Positions 1-14,294 of a stretch of 64,000 nucleotides of DNA are shown piece after piece (the stretch's first letter is position 1; every line of letters begins with the position of its first letter). The DNA lies in contig OZ199839.1 in NCBI GenBank assembly GCA_964304625.1, positions 10,837,186 to 10,901,185 of the forward strand, in the 5' to 3' direction. The notes under the pieces are model-generated. The model was not told the origin of the DNA. It made no database searches and worked only from the letters and a program-made list of their open reading frames with translations. Position numbers and translations under genes: made by a program. This stretch comes from Kudoa neothunni. Lineage: Eukaryota; Animalia; Cnidaria.

Positions 1-272
1 TTTGCTATTCAGACAGTAATTAAACTGATGGATTTAATGAAATAAAATTCAGTGGAAAATCTGCGAAAATAGTCGTAATAATGTATGTTTATAATAAGAC
101 GAATCTAAGTGGAACAATATTTGATTTGGAAAACTTAATATCTATATAAAATAAAATAAAACTATTTTATGTTAATACACGCGTATCTTTAAACATTTTC
201 AAGGCAAGCATAAAAATGCGCGGTGTTTACTAACAGAAGCGCGCGCAATCTGTCGTAATCCATATAGGATAG

Positions 273-1925
273 ATGGAGTCGAGAAAGTTGGAATTGTTGG
301 GTAACCTCGCTGCAGTGGACAAACAAATGAAAGAACTAAAGTCATACGTCTGCTCGATATTCTCTGCGTATCCGTTGACGGATCGCGATAATAAACAGCA
401 AATGGTAATTTTAATTCAACGTTGATTGCGCATCATATCAATTACAAAACCTCATACCATCTAATAATCCGCTTAGGAGTTGGATAAAAAATACAAGTTA
501 TGTAAATCGATTTTGGAGCGGTTAAATGGAGAGTTGAATAAATTCGACAATCAACTTGATTCGGTATACCAAATGAGGTCGAAGTTATTCGAAGGTAATT
601 TTTAGTGTGATGAGTTTAAAATTTTTCTATATGAATTTTTCAGACAAACAGAAATCGTATCAAAGCAGAGCCAAATTGTACTACACGCCAACGCCTAAAA
701 AAGTCGAATCTAACAAAGACCGACTAGCCTCGAGAAGAATGTCTTCAGCGGATCGGTTGGTGACGACAAAGACTAATCCTCTCATTAGAAAAATGTATAA
801 TTTGATTGTTGGTTGAAGCCTTAATTATAAGAGATTATAGTGAGAGACCTCCCGCTGTCAATAAACGACAATCGTTATTCGACGTGAAAGCCAATAAAAT
901 CAAAAATGACCTCGCCACAAAACTCACTAAACCCGCAAACCCCACAAAACCGTCTAATTTCGGGACTAATTTCAAAGAGAACTCCGATAGGAAATTACCT
1001 TCCTCAATTTCGTCAATTAAGTCATTACCAAACAATAGCAACAACGTGAAAAAAATCAATAACACTCCAACTTTTCATAAAATCACCAACTCAAACACAG
1101 TCAGACAACCAAGAGCGTATTTAACTTGGTTCATGTGTTTATCTATACACAACACAATATAGGAGTTTATGCAATTCCGCTCTCCTTAAACCGCGAACTA
1201 ATTCCACGACCAGCACCGAAAATAAAACTATTTTTAAAATTCCAACCATGATTGTCTCAAATCGTGGGTTGGGTGGTAACAAGGAACTGGAAAATAGTTT
1301 CAACGAACAACCGATTAAACAATCGATTTGTACGCCCTCTCGTATACCTATTGCTAAGGCGTACACCGAACAACCGCCTATTTCTATCAGTCGTAACACC
1401 AATGTCGAGCACACCTCGTTAAGCAATGCTTCTACTAAAGAATCTAACCAATTTAAAATACCCAGAAAATCTATTTTCACTCTTAACACAAATCTGCTAA
1501 AAACACCTACTAGATTGCCGATAGGAGTTGGAGTTGGAGTGGCTAATGATCCACACGATTCCACATCTGTAACTCCTAAGAATATATTGCTTCATTCTAA
1601 TTGTATATTTTTTACTTATTCTGGTGCAAATTACATAAATATTATGTTCTAATTGTTTAATTGTAGTTGGATTACCGAAAATAATCGATAATTTAAAAAA
1701 TGAAGAGGAAATTGTCGATAATCAAAACAAAAAAAGACATTCAATTTTGTAAATTATTTTTTGATATTTTTATTTCCAATTAACATATTATTGCACAGGC
1801 CAACTCCATCTGGATTGAGTTCTATCTACAGTAATTTGCTTTTGGCGGTCAGTCACTAATCAATTTGTTTTAAATTTGTTTTAGAAGCGTCTGCGCTAAA
1901 CTCTGGCAACAAATCAAGCAATTAA
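273..1925 (+). CDS. Spliced gene, unknown protein: N-terminal coiled-coil-like region followed by long basic S/T/P/N-rich disordered region
   Basis: ATG 273 (MESRKLELLGNLAAVDKQMKELK). The ORF fragments 607-816, 806-1162 and 1248-1652 join in frame through short GT-AG introns. 3' end uncertain: stop at 1750-1752 if unspliced, at 1923-1925 if two more small exons are used. Confidence 0.7.
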
Positions 1926-2716
1926 ATAGATTATTCTATTGGTCTAACCTATCAATTTAGATTTTACTGTTTTTACTCCTAGACCACACCTGAAAAAACC
2001 AAAGTCGCCGGTGCTAGAATACATCGAATCGGACACCAGTAGCAATCTACATTAGCTCATTGAGACTTTGTACTTTCTGACTAGAATCGGTGAATATCGA
2101 TTTTAATAATCGCCGAATTTTTATAAATTTTTGATATTTGTTTTTCTTATAAAGTCCAGCTATTATCCTTAATTTTAAATAATTTTTTACTTCATAAAAT
2201 CTCATTTATGACTTTTATTTATTGAGCATTGAGGTAATTGAAAAAATTCTAATTTGATCAAAAAATACATTTATTAATTTTATGATGCTCAATTTTTGTG
2301 TTAAGTGGATTATTGTTCTAAGGAAAACGCTTAATTCTTCAGTAAGAGAGATGAAGTTGAGAAATGTTTGAAAAAATTTTGATTGTTCATCTATAAAGAA
2401 GATCATTTATATAATGGACTGAAATTTGAAATATACCCCCTAACCTTTAAATCCTAACGTATGCTGCTTTAAGGGAAACGCAAAAGTAAGAACTACTTTT
2501 AAATCTGTTAAGAACTAACATTTTGTAGTGGAAGGATAAATCCAGCTCATAAAATTTAACACATTCGCACTTGGATATAATGATGTTAAAATTTTGACAA
2601 AGATTTTAAGATTTAGGAGTATTTTGAATTTTTTAATGTATTACATAACACGTTTGACTTAAGATAATTTTATTTTTTTCTTATTATGCAATAACTTGTT
2701 TGAGTGAAGTTTCGGA

Positions 2717-3850
2717 TTGGGAAGAAAACAACTAAATATGAACGAAAAGTTCGTTTTATTGGAATTTTACAAATATACGAAAGTAATTAAGATATCACTG
2801 AATGAGATAATCAAGAAGTTTAATTTATGTGGTAACTATCGTGTTTATACGAGTATAACGCAAACCCAAACATGGAATTATTTGTTGGCGGAAAAATCTG
2901 TGCGTTATAATCGAATAATTACGGCATTAATGTTTTAATTTTCTTACGAGAATTTGGGTATAAATCAATATTTTAAACGACCCAGTCAAATAAGTCAATT
3001 ATTAATTCCGTTATTCATTATTATAATAGAAAGAGTGTCATTTGATAAATATAAAGAAATATAGTTTCAAATAAATTAATTGTTTTTTATGACGTGTGAT
3101 TAAGGTTAAACCATAATGGAAAAGAGCGCGTTTTTGCTAAAGAATCTGGAATAAAAAATTTTTCAGCAAATAAAGGATGGCTTAGAGGATTAACGAGAAT
3201 ATAGTGGCTTCTTCTAAATTTCTTGGGGAACAAACAAGGTTGAATTTTGATCTATCGATAAATGGATGATGCATGAGAATATTCACATTACAAAAAAACT
3301 ACAATCAGGGCGATATAATAATTATTGTCGTGACAAATCTTTTGTATAATCAAACACCCAAATGATCTTTTATTTTAAAACATGAGATTGATGCTAGAGA
3401 TAAAAAGCTGAATGAGTTATAATATGTGTTTCATTGAATGGAGGAAAATTGATGGTGGCCATAATACAAAATTTAAGGGGCAACTTTTTTCAAGGTGTTA
3501 AAAAGCTTCTTGTTGAATTTTAGTGTTATCAAAATTCTTAAATAACGACTAAAATTATTTATCAAATTACAAAGAAAAAGCTTAGTTAATGTGAAGATTA
3601 TATACTAAGGTTTTATCCTATTCCTATTGGATCGCTCGCACGCTCATCATAAAAATATATGTTGCTTCTCAAAAATAGAATTAAAATCTGATCTCAAAGA
3701 CTACCATCAATTTCGTCTAGTCTCTGGATCTTGGAATTATAAATTCCTCAATGTATCACTATCGAAGTATTCTTTGCCGACACTTTCTGATATATGAAAC
3801 CAGAAGAAAACCAAAATTTATATTATAAGATAGTGCAAGAGTTGTTGAGA
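2717..3850 (+). pseudogene. Decayed Tigger/pogo (CENP-B-like) transposase
   Basis: Fragments with stops and frameshifts: HTH region 'NFSANKGWLR' (~3160), 'FFQGVKKLLVEF', and 'SLDLGIINSSMYHYRS' (~3721), which resembles the pogo QPLDQGII..FK.HYR motif. Confidence 0.65.
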
Positions 3851-3946
3851 AACTTGAGATAAAGTTTTTTTCTTAATTATCAAGTTTTTTTGATGATTAA
3901 ATATTGAATATACATATTCATTCTATTAATAATTTAATTCAAAATT

Positions 3947-6082
3947 GGCAGTGGCTATTGCAACGCGAGGAAATTACTCCTAAACTAACATGTTCATAAA
4001 AATTCCAACTTTATTTTCCCAAAAAATGATTTTTTCGCTAAAATGTTCAACTATTATTAAATAAATCCAAGACAACAAATTTACTTATTTTATGGTAATG
4101 AATTCAGTGGTTAGAAATTATTTTTAAATCTTTCATTTGCATTTTTTTAATTTATAAATGCAATTATGTTGGTCCCAATTCTGAGTAATACGGATAATAC
4201 AAAATGAAATATCAAAAATTACTGACGTGAATTTACTGAGGTGCGCATGATTCATGCAGCGTTATAACTCCTAAGATTATAAATAATGCACAGTTTACGT
4301 AACCCTTAAAGTGTTATATTTTTACTTCTGCGAGTCTAATATGCTACATGTTAATTGATCGATCTTTTCGCTATATAACGATATATTATTTTTATCATAC
4401 TGAAATTTATTTGGTTATTAGTAACTCAAAGGAAATTATTTTATTTCAACCTAGAATCGTTATTTCACACATATAATTAATTTTTTTATTTATTTTCTAT
4501 TTATAGAAATTCCAACAGCTGTCAATGTAGACCCTCTAGAACATTCAGCTATCTTTACTTTTGATCAGGGGTCGGCAACCTACGACCCGCCATGCATTGA
4601 CTAGCATAAAAAAAATTTTTTTAATTTCAAAAAAACGTAAATAGTTTTTAAATTTTTATCTAGATCGTTTTCTACACGTTAATGTGTTATTGATATAAAC
4701 ATTTCAGCCGACTAACATTTATTTTCATTGAGTCAGAAAATTGGAATAAATATGATTATCAAAATAACGTCAAAATTATTTTTAGAAATATATAAAATAT
4801 TTTTAAAAATACGTTTAGATACATCTCATACTATTTGACATCATACAATAAATAGTGTTTCCACGAATTAAGTAAGAGTTGTTTACACTGCAAATGAAAT
4901 TTATTAATATATAATAATTTTTATTCGACGTAATTTTACAGTTGAAATGACTTTTATAAATTCTAATTTGTATATTTATATTCAATCATTGAATTGAGAA
5001 TAATTTAACATTTTTGTAAATTAATTTTAAAAGGGCTCGCATTAAAGTTAGTGCATGTTTGTTTGGCCGGACACTCAAAAGGTTGCCGACCCCTGCTTTA
5101 CATGGACAAGATAACACCAAATCATCATAAATTAGCTCACAATAATTTATACACATCCTAAGATTTCGAAACGTTTTTCTTTCTTAATAGGAATCATTCT
5201 TCCGAAAATAGGTAGTTTTGTTTTAAGAGCAAACTGGTGGTTTGTCTGATGAGAATTCATGAATACTATGTTAATTTTATAAAAATGGGTTTCTATCTGA
5301 TAAATCTAAATCTTCATTTACATATAATACTTACTAACTGTAATAACGATTACAGACTTATTGTTTAAGAATATTTCGTTTAATGGAATTTCATTTGTCT
5401 CATCGAAATAGTTAAGTACTAAACATGTACAAAGTTTAGTAAGTGATATTACATCAATTTAAAATTTCATCCAACTTATTATTTTTATTATTTCCTAATA
5501 ACTACAATATGTTTAGTCGATAATCAATTTTCAAGACCTCTTGTTCAACATAAATCAATTTAAATCCAAATGAAAAATTATGATCGATTTTATAAATTAA
5601 GTGAAACATTGCTTTAAATAAAAAGAGTTCTACATTAGTACGATTATTCGTCTTAAAAACTTTAAGAAATAATATTAAATAAGTACAGTTATAATTTTCA
5701 ATAATAGGACGTATAAAATAAGAGAGATGTTAACAACAGAGGAACCAATACCATTAGTTTTCCAATCCTTACATAATAGCGTGTGCTCCTGCACTTGGTT
5801 ATTCATATTACAGAAAGTATGCGATATACACTAAATTTTTTGAAATTAACCAAAGTTTATGTTTCAGAAAGCTTATATTATTATTTCTGTGATCTATCAA
5901 ATCAAAATGACGTTATGTAATGGCTCAATTTCCAGTAACAACCCTGAAAATTCCAAAATATTATCTTTCTCCAAAAATTAGAAATTATTTTAAAAAAATC
6001 ATTTATTAGGAAAATGAAGTTGAAATTTTTTATAAAAATGTTGGTTTAGGAGTAATTTCCTCCCATTGCAATAACCACTGCC
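3947..6082. mobile_element. Non-autonomous DNA transposon with ~90-bp terminal inverted repeats
   Basis: GGCAGTGGCTATTGCAACGCGAGGAAATTACTCCTAAAC... at 3947 is the imperfect reverse complement of ~5995-6082. Superfamily unassigned. Confidence 0.7.
4566..5095. mobile_element. hAT (Charlie-like) MITE nested in the 3947-6082 element
   Basis: Perfect TIR CAGGGGTCGGCAACCT / AGGTTGCCGACCCCTG. 8-bp flanks CTTTTGAT and CTTTACAT match 6/8. Confidence 0.85.
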
Positions 6083-6595
6083 TAATTTAAATCAAAAATT
6101 TGTTATATGATGGTTGTATTATACAAGAAATGCTGTATTATTAAGTAAAATTTTTGTGATAAACGATTAATTTGAGGTGAATATTGCCGAGCATAACATT
6201 CCAACTTTTGAGTGCGATTATTGTTTAGTTTCGCCTGAAACTAATAAGTTTTAGCAGTGATGGATGATAAGGAAGAAGTAAACAAAGCAGCGGAAATTAC
6301 TAAAATGGAAAATCCACTTAATACTATACGAATAAAATTTTTAAAAAGTGAAATCGAGTGGTTTCATTGAATTATATTCATTATTGGATGGAAGTTTAAA
6401 CATGAAAAAAATGAGTTGCCCTCGCACGCGTGTCCAGGAAAAAACACAATACATGGCACAACGTAGATATATATATAAAACATAGGTATTATAATACATA
6501 ATTATTGGAGTTTCCAGCTATAAGTTATTGTAATGAATTTGAGAAAATATAAATCATAATATGAGCGGTAATTTTGACATGTGTTTTTCAAATTA

Positions 6596-7174
6596 CAGTA
6601 ATGGACCGGTCGTACGTACCTTTTTGCATTGACCGCGTGATTAAATTGATTAAATTAAGCGTTTTCTTCCTTTTTTACCACGATTAAGCAATTAACAAGT
6701 TATTATAGTTAAATCAATATAGAAGTTAGTTGAAAATGAAGGATAAACATAGACACATGTAGATACATAGTAGTATGGTTTATAATGATGTCCTCTCTAA
6801 TTTGTAGAAATAACAATGGCGAAATTACAGCCACTCCCCAATAATTCAGAAACGGAAGATTACTTATTGATAAAAATTTATCCTTTCAGAGATGGTCATA
6901 TTTTACTTAGAAGGGCTTGGCAACTATTTTTAAACATCATGGCTAAAAAAATTGGTAGTTAATGTCGGATCTATTCCAGACGTTTATTCATTTTTAAATC
7001 ACAATTTCAAATAATAAAAATAATTGTCTTTTCTTTAATATTTATGTTATAGCTAGTTTTGTGGTTTAATTTATTTCGCGCACATACGCAAAAGGTACAT
7101 ACAATCCGGCCGGGACCCATAATACGTACAATTTCCTCATTTCAAGGGGATTACATATGACCGATCCATTATTG
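6596..7174 (+). mobile_element. TA-flanked MITE (Tc1/mariner-pogo type), family also present at 45480 and 47801
   Basis: TA|CAGTAATGGACCGGTCGTACGTA ... TACATATGACCGATCCATTATTG|TA. Internal sequence is homologous to 47801-48480. Confidence 0.85.
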
Positions 7175-7199
7175 TATCCATTTTTGTATGTGAAACTTA

Positions 7200-8900
7200 A
7201 CTTTGTGGATCATTGGTTGGATTACACAATTGGAATATTATTGCCTGTTTGGTAGAACTTTGGTGGTTATTCAAGTTTATAATAAACGCCATTAATCCCG
7301 AATGAGCTTGCTCGAAATGGGAATAGAAATGCTATTAAAAATTTCGGCATTGTTGGACGTAAGTTTTATATTATTGAATATTCGATCATAAGCATTCCAC
7401 TATTCAATGGGGTATTATTCCTTTTAATGTAATTGTTGTCAAAATATTCTAGGAAGGGATCTATATTTACGTTTTTAAATTTACTTGATTCGACGCATAA
7501 TTTTTTAAATTCTTTGTTGACGCAAGTGAGGAAATACATTGGATGTAAAGTTTAAATTCATCATCTTCATTGTAATGATTGAATAGATCCAATTTTAGAA
7601 TTTTTCGATACAGACACTAACCCAAATGGAATAAACAAAAATAAACATTTCTTTATGCTTTTTTTTAAAACATTGTAAGGAACACACAGTGGAATGTTGA
7701 TAAGAGGGGTCCTACGGGGATTTCCCGAATCTTGTTATAGGAAGGCCATTGGTTAGAATGGATGACACTTATTGGTTTTATATATCTTTCCACATAATAC
7801 AAGAGTGTATCTTCAGTTCTGTTCTCGACCAAAACTAGAACTCCCCTTTTTTTCAGTGACATCGTACCCGTCGAAAATCTATCCTTGTTTCGGCCGCCTT
7901 CCGACATTATTTTTTGCTTTGGCGATTAATGACTCATCGATTTGAACAATGTGACCCCTTCCACCAAATTCTATAGTTGTCTTTCATCAGCTTTCTTGAG
8001 CGGGCATCTCGAAAATATTAATACCACTTGATAATGATGGCTTTATCTAATGAAAATTCATCCTTGGCTCTGAAAATTGGCCATTCTATACTCAAGGAAT
8101 AACAGACCTTAATAAATTCTTGAAAAGTCAACCTTCGGTTTTCAAGAAAGTGTCTTTCTTCAAGGTCATCTTAATATTTTTTGTGTGTGGGACACCTATA
8201 AATTTTTGAACTTCGATATTTTATCAAGCTCGTTTGCCTCCCTAAATTCTTACATAATGGGGGTGTTTCCCTCGAAATGTTTTTATCCAATAAAAATTTA
8301 AAACTAGTCTTCTCTGAAGAAGTTATCGACGAAGGGAATTGAAACTCTTTTCAGCGCGATTAAAAGATGCGTAGTCTTTAATCCAGGGTCAAACTTCACC
8401 ACCAATGCCAACAATCCTGTTAGTATCGTCTGATCCGGAATCATAAATACAAAAGTTCTCTTTTCTTAAAGTTTCTGTGGACCTACGAAAGTTCGTTGAA
8501 GGATTCACTTTGATATTTTTTCTTTTTCTAATATTTTGAATATTTTGGTATACAAATTTTTTTGAAATAGGGTAGTTATTTATCTATTTTCTTCATTCGA
8601 AACAACATTATAAACTTTACTGGTGGAATATGAAGTATTTTCAGAAATACTTTTGTCTTTTTCATAGAAAAATTTTTTATTCTTTTCTTCGGATACAGTA
8701 TGATTATGGAAACCTCTTTTCTCAATTGTTTCCACTTGATTAGCCGGAAACGTTCTTAATTTACCTTTGCATTTTCTTTGTTGGGTTCTCCAATACTGAC
8801 AAATATTCGTGTTGTAATCTTTGATGTAAAAAAAAAACTCATCGTAGTGTATCATATATTGGTTTCTTTTAATGTCAAGAAGGATCAAAATTTACATTTG
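7200..8900 (-). pseudogene. Decayed Mutator/MULE transposase with FLYWCH-type N-terminus, interrupted by a Merlin element
   Basis: ORF 8580-8888 resembles FLYWCH (YW....RKCKG.L.T...HNH). Further fragments: 'ENFCIYDSGSDDTNRI', 'CLFHLG*CLYRKI..L...YNEDDEF' and 'FLEYFDNNYI...WNAY...SNNAE'. Confidence 0.65.
7650..8330 (-). pseudogene. Merlin / ISXO2-like transposase relic
   Basis: 'GGRGHIVQIDES' (~7930-7965) and 'VENRTEDTLLYYVERYIKPISVIHSNQWPSY' match the ISXO2 DDE motifs. Boundaries approximate. Confidence 0.75.
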
Positions 8901-8955
8901 CGCTAATATCCTTTTTTTTAATTGTCACCCCACGTAGTTAACCCTTAAAGATTAA

Positions 8956-10780
8956 CCTCCTGGAGCCCAGGGGATTAATTTACTTTGAACGTAATATTAT
9001 ATATTAAGCTTAAATTAACTCTTCTACTATTGGCAGATCACATTAAATATGGTATATAAACAAAATTAGAATAGTTAAAGGCAGTAAAGATAAACTATAC
9101 TATTACGCATAACAACAAAACTTATAAGGAATTATTATATTGTTTGCTATTATTAAAATGTATTTATTCGATGTCAGCATTAATTTGGTTGTGTTTTAAT
9201 CAACATTTCTATTAAGTTAATTAGCAAAATTAATAATTATTTAATTAAATTCATTTCTACTATATGTTCAAACCGTTATAAACATTCACATAGCGTTTAA
9301 TAAAAAAACCATGAGCATCAAATGTGTTAAATATTAATTTTTGTTGTGAATTACAGCTTAAATAAATAATGCTTCTCTTTGAATGTTCATTACAAACAAT
9401 TCGATCACATAAGTGGCGATTTTCTTGCTTCGGCGTACAATCCTTGTAGGACACAAACAATATCCCTTTCTTTGATTATTTGCTTGGTTTTCCACTGGAG
9501 GATCACTTTCTTGTTAAATGCGAAACCAACCATTCCACTGTTCTTTTAACAGCAGGCTGGTTAGACACAAATGCGATTTTATATCTCGTTTCCTGCTTAG
9601 GATTAATTAATCACATAGACAAATCCATGAGAAATTGTTGGCGACGATTTGACTTGTTTGTGCCACGATAATCGGGATTGTCATGAATAAAGACAAAAAC
9701 GCGTTGAACTCAGATATGTCATATATTTGACAAAATATAGAGAACGGACACCGTGCACATTTTCTTTTACATGTGTACTTGGAAACACATTGACCCAATG
9801 TGTCAATGCCACATTTCTGTATATTATAATCCAAAGTTGCTTTTGGTTTACGATGACACTTTGAACTAACGCCTGGAGTACGATGCTCCGAATAAAGACT
9901 TATTACTGCATTGTCTTTCCTCGGTACATAAGAAATTAGGGTAAATGACTTATGTAAACCAAATAAGGATAAAAATATCTTCCAAGAGTTATTTGGTTGA
10001 AATTCAGGTGGAATAAATTCTCGACATTTTCGTACCATAGCAAGAATGGACGTTTTTCTTTATCTTAGATATAGTGTCGGGCTAGCTTCCAGGTTGTGAA
10101 GTAATTGTCGTACGTAATAATTCTTCCCGAATCCAACAAATGTTGAGTCAAGTCAATGACAACTTTATAACTTAGATTTGTTTCACGCACTCATCAATTC
10201 TACCCGGGGTAAAACATTGGCAACGTAACATGTTTGATTATCATATACGATCCAAAATTTTAAACTATATTGGATGTTTTTTTTGGCACGTAAAGAAGAA
10301 ATGATACACGCGCTCGGAAAGGATATGGTTGTTCATCTACGGTCAAAGTAGGTCCAGGGATGTAACTATACCTACAGATTTCAGAAAAATTTCCATACAA
10401 TTTATTGACGGGGAAAGATTTGTCAGCTGAATTTGAGATTTTTTTACGCTTTCGATATTCATCAAAACGAAAGTGATTTAAGATTTTTTGAAATCTCATT
10501 TCACTCATAGTGGCGCGAAGTAATGGTCTTCATTGAATTTCATGCCACAGAATCCTGGTACTTTCTAGTTTTGATTTATAGGAACCAGCCAATAACAATA
10601 ATCCTAAGAAAGCTTTTAATTTGATGCCATCTAGGCGTTTCATCGAATTCATTATATTTTTCAAGACCTTTACGGTTTGTGAACGATAATTTTCTTCGAG
10701 CATCTCTTCTATAAAATGCGAAAATGAGCTCCATATGGTTTTTGCGTCCAATGTTTCAATAGGTTTTCCTTCCTCTAGGT
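8956..10780 (-). mobile_element. piggyBac relic, 5' part truncated
   Basis: 'LTVDEQPYPFRAR', 'DYNIQKCGIDTLGQ' and a C-terminal Cys cluster. TTAA|CC end at 8952-8957. Cut at 10780 by a hAT end. Confidence 0.85.
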
Positions 10781-10962
10781 CAGTGTTTCCCAACCTTTCT
10801 ATCACGCCCCACATTTTTCAAAGATATTGATTATTCAATTTAAAAAGCCTAGAATTTTGATTACAGTTTCATATTACATTCAAATTTGAAAGCGATTAAT
10901 ATATACTTCTTTTCTCATTAAAATTATGGCGTATACGATCAGATTTAACAAAATTTATCGAT

Positions 10963-13900
10963 GACAGTGGATATTAGCACGCTAGCGTATAATCCCTTGC
11001 CGGGACTGTCTATTGACACGACAACGAATATCTCCAAAATTACTAATAATTCAAGGCAGTAATTTTATATATTGTTTTATTTTAAATAATGGAATTTTGT
11101 GACAAAGTCTGTTCATCTAATTTTTGGTTTTTTATGACAACATTTTCATGAAATTCATTAATAAATAATATGTAAATTATTTATTTTTACATATATTATT
11201 ACATAAAGCTATAATATATATTTTACAATAAAACTCGAATGAATATCATTTTTACAACATTAGAAATGAGCGGGTTGAATGTAAGTCGCGATATCGGCAA
11301 AGTGAATTCTGTCGTTGCAAGTTAGCAGTTAAATAAAAACAAACACTCGTAATCAATGTAAAGTTAACAATCGACCTGGATATAATTAAATTAATAAGAT
11401 TGTTTATTTAATTGAACGAAGGCTTTTCCTTGTTTGTTGTCTCTTAATTGCTGTCAACTCATAATCTTTAGGACTCCCAACAGCCTTAATTTTACTGGGG
11501 AAATGTTAGATCTAAAACATAATAATACTTGCTACACTAAGTTATATATCTTTTAATTCTGGAGGGTTTATTAATTCTATGTTTTCGAAATCAGTTATAT
11601 CCGGGATAGGGGCGGTTTCAATTACATCTTTTTCTAGCGGTTCAGGTGGCTATGTATCATTTATTGGCGGAATTACAACAAGACTATTTTCTAATTAAAC
11701 AAGTTCATTTTTTTGCCTTAACTAAAATTTATGTTTACCTGAGAAAGTTCGTGTAAAGAGGTCAATATCACTATCATACCCATCAATACTTGACTCTAAG
11801 AATGTGCCAAACTCTAAATTAAATCTTAGTTTACAAAAATAGAAACGTTCTATCTATCAAATTATTTAACGCCGCGTGATTATAATTTTTAAGAGTGTTT
11901 TCACACATTTTGAATAATTTGATGCAGTGATCGAAATATTTCCCGCAGTATTCAGCAGAAGACGTGGATAATTGATTGGTATATACAATAGCCAACTTCG
12001 TACGTTTGGAAAAAGTGGTTATAATATCATGTTGCCTTTTTTATAACGGAACCATTTGGCATGATGTTTTGAGTTGAGTCATTTTTAGTTTTGACAAAAT
12101 TTGATATATGTTCTTTGTTCCATCTGGGATGATATATATGTGAGCCAAACAATGGTAACAATGATTGTGATCTTTGTGTTAGAATGTGTTGGCAAGGTAG
12201 TTCATAAGATCGATAAAACTTACATGTACAAAAATTGATGGTTGAATTATAATTTCATCCACAATCAAATTTTGTTTGCAACTTTTTCAATTCACTAATT
12301 ATAAGTTTACAGGAGAATGAAATTAATCGACCCCAATACTTTTTTTCAACCTCATTTTCAATTTTCCTATTGGGATGTCTTAGATAATTCGACCATTACA
12401 TGACAAACTTTTTCTGTTCTGAATGAATTCAAGAGAATAAAGAATTTATTGAAAAAATCTTCCAGAATAGAGAATATTTTTATCACGCTCTTCAGTTTTG
12501 AATTAAGAGCCTCTAGTCGATTATTTATTAAATTATTGTAAAAGTGTGGGGCTTTACTGAATGATGTATGATCCATTGTGATTGAATTGGATCCCAAATT
12601 TTCTTGAAATAAGTATTGAAATCCCAAATATTAAACTATAGAGCTCATCACATAAGTTTTCATAATCCACTTCATTTTTAGCATGCATCATTTTTTAAGA
12701 ATGGATAACATGGATACTTTTATTTCATTATTAATATTATATTTCGCAAGTTTTAACTCTCATTGAAAAATCTCTATAATGTGAAATTTACAAATAAACA
12801 TTTCGGCGTTGGAAAAATGATTTTTCATAACTTTTCGAAGTTTTAAATCCTTATCAGTAGCAATCGAGAGGATTTTTTTATCCAAGGAACAATTGATATC
12901 AGTTCATTAATGTAACAGTCAACTACCACTTCTGCCTCCTCAAATATTATAAATGCACTATTTAGGTTTGTCAGATCCATAGAGTCTTCAGAAACATTCA
13001 GGTACAAGGGAGCTCTAAAATTAGAACATATAACTTTAATATTTTAAAATAATAAAAATAACAGCGAATCAAGTAATTTTTAGGTTGCGTCAATTGATAG
13101 ATGTTCTGGAAAAACATCCTTCACTTTTTCATCCACAAATACAATTGCACCAACTTGATTTGTTTCACCTGCTAGTATTCTAACATCACAGTTATAATCT
13201 TCCGTTAGTAATTTATAAAGGAAGTTCATATTAATCTTCAGTGTGGATATATATTCTTTAATATTATATATAGACTTCAATTTTATCATTTTACCGGTTT
13301 TCTTGTTGGATATCGGATTGAATTAATTTTGTATTAGCGCACAAAGAAACTATTTCCGACACTATTTGATCACTACGATCAAATTTTCGTTGTGGAGGCA
13401 AAAAATTTAAAAAATGTTGGGTTTGTTTCATGATTGCGGCTTAAATTTAGTGATTTTACTTCGATCGTTTTAACGTCTGAACTTACTCTTAGTGACACAT
13501 GAACGGGACATGTGTTTTTAATGGTTTGTTTTTCTCGAATGCCTTTTGACTTGTCTCGATGCCGGCCACTAAAATAACAAACATATTTGACGGAGTAATA
13601 ATTTAAGTTTTCGTTGAATTTTTTCATGAGGACTCGTTTTATGTTTGATAGTTTTTTTGAGACACGCTTAATCGAGAAACAGCATGTTTGCTGTTCAAGC
13701 TTATGTATAAACTCTTCAAATTGCGTAAACGAGTCAAATTTTTGGCCTACATCGAATATATCAATATAGGTTCTACTTGTCATTTTCCGTACATGTGCCG
13801 CAAATATTTTATTTTAATTTTACAAATTTTAATTTTTAAATTATTATTCATTAATATTCACTTAACTATTGGTTACATGAGACAAGTGTAACATTTTAAC

Positions 13901-14125
13901 TTTCTAATTTTCTTTAAACTAAACATAGTTTTTCCATTATTAGTGGAAAAGTCATTCAAAAAATACTGTAACATAAATAGATATTTTAGAAGCTCAGAAT
14001 ATGTTAAAACAATATATAAAATTACAGACTTGAACTAATAGTAATTTTGGAGAAATTCCTTGTCGAGTCAATAGACAGCCCCGGCAAGAGATTATACGTT
14101 AGCGTGTCAATATCTATTGTCTGTT
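10963..14125 (-). mobile_element. Mutator/MULE element with decayed ZSWIM3-like (SWIM zinc finger) transposase
   Basis: ~82-bp TIRs at 10963-11044 and 14040-14121, with 9-bp TTTATCGAT on both sides. ORF 13379-13783 resembles the ZSWIM3/FAR1-type N-terminus. Also 'FPEHLSIDAT', 'IATDKD' and SWIM 'CTCKFYRSYELPCQH'. Confidence 0.85.
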
Positions 14126-14294
14126 TTTATCGATGGATATTAAAAATTAACATTTTTTACTCATCATTCCATCCGAAACAGCGTTATGTGGAACACATTC
14201 TAATCTTGCTCGCCTTATGCAAGACTTCCATGTATACGTGTCCAGTAAAACCAACAAAAATAATCTAGATATAAAATTAATCAATATTATATTG

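Noticed and set aside
835-1564. Minus-strand ORFs 835-1065 and 1139-1564 (likewise 36934-37134, 39098-39370, 50065-50277, 61142-61342, 63305-63577)
   Set aside because: Antisense shadows of real exons on the other strand.
3930-6100. Apparent 17-bp target-site duplication around the 3947-6082 element
   Set aside because: Imperfect and almost purely A/T; likely chance.
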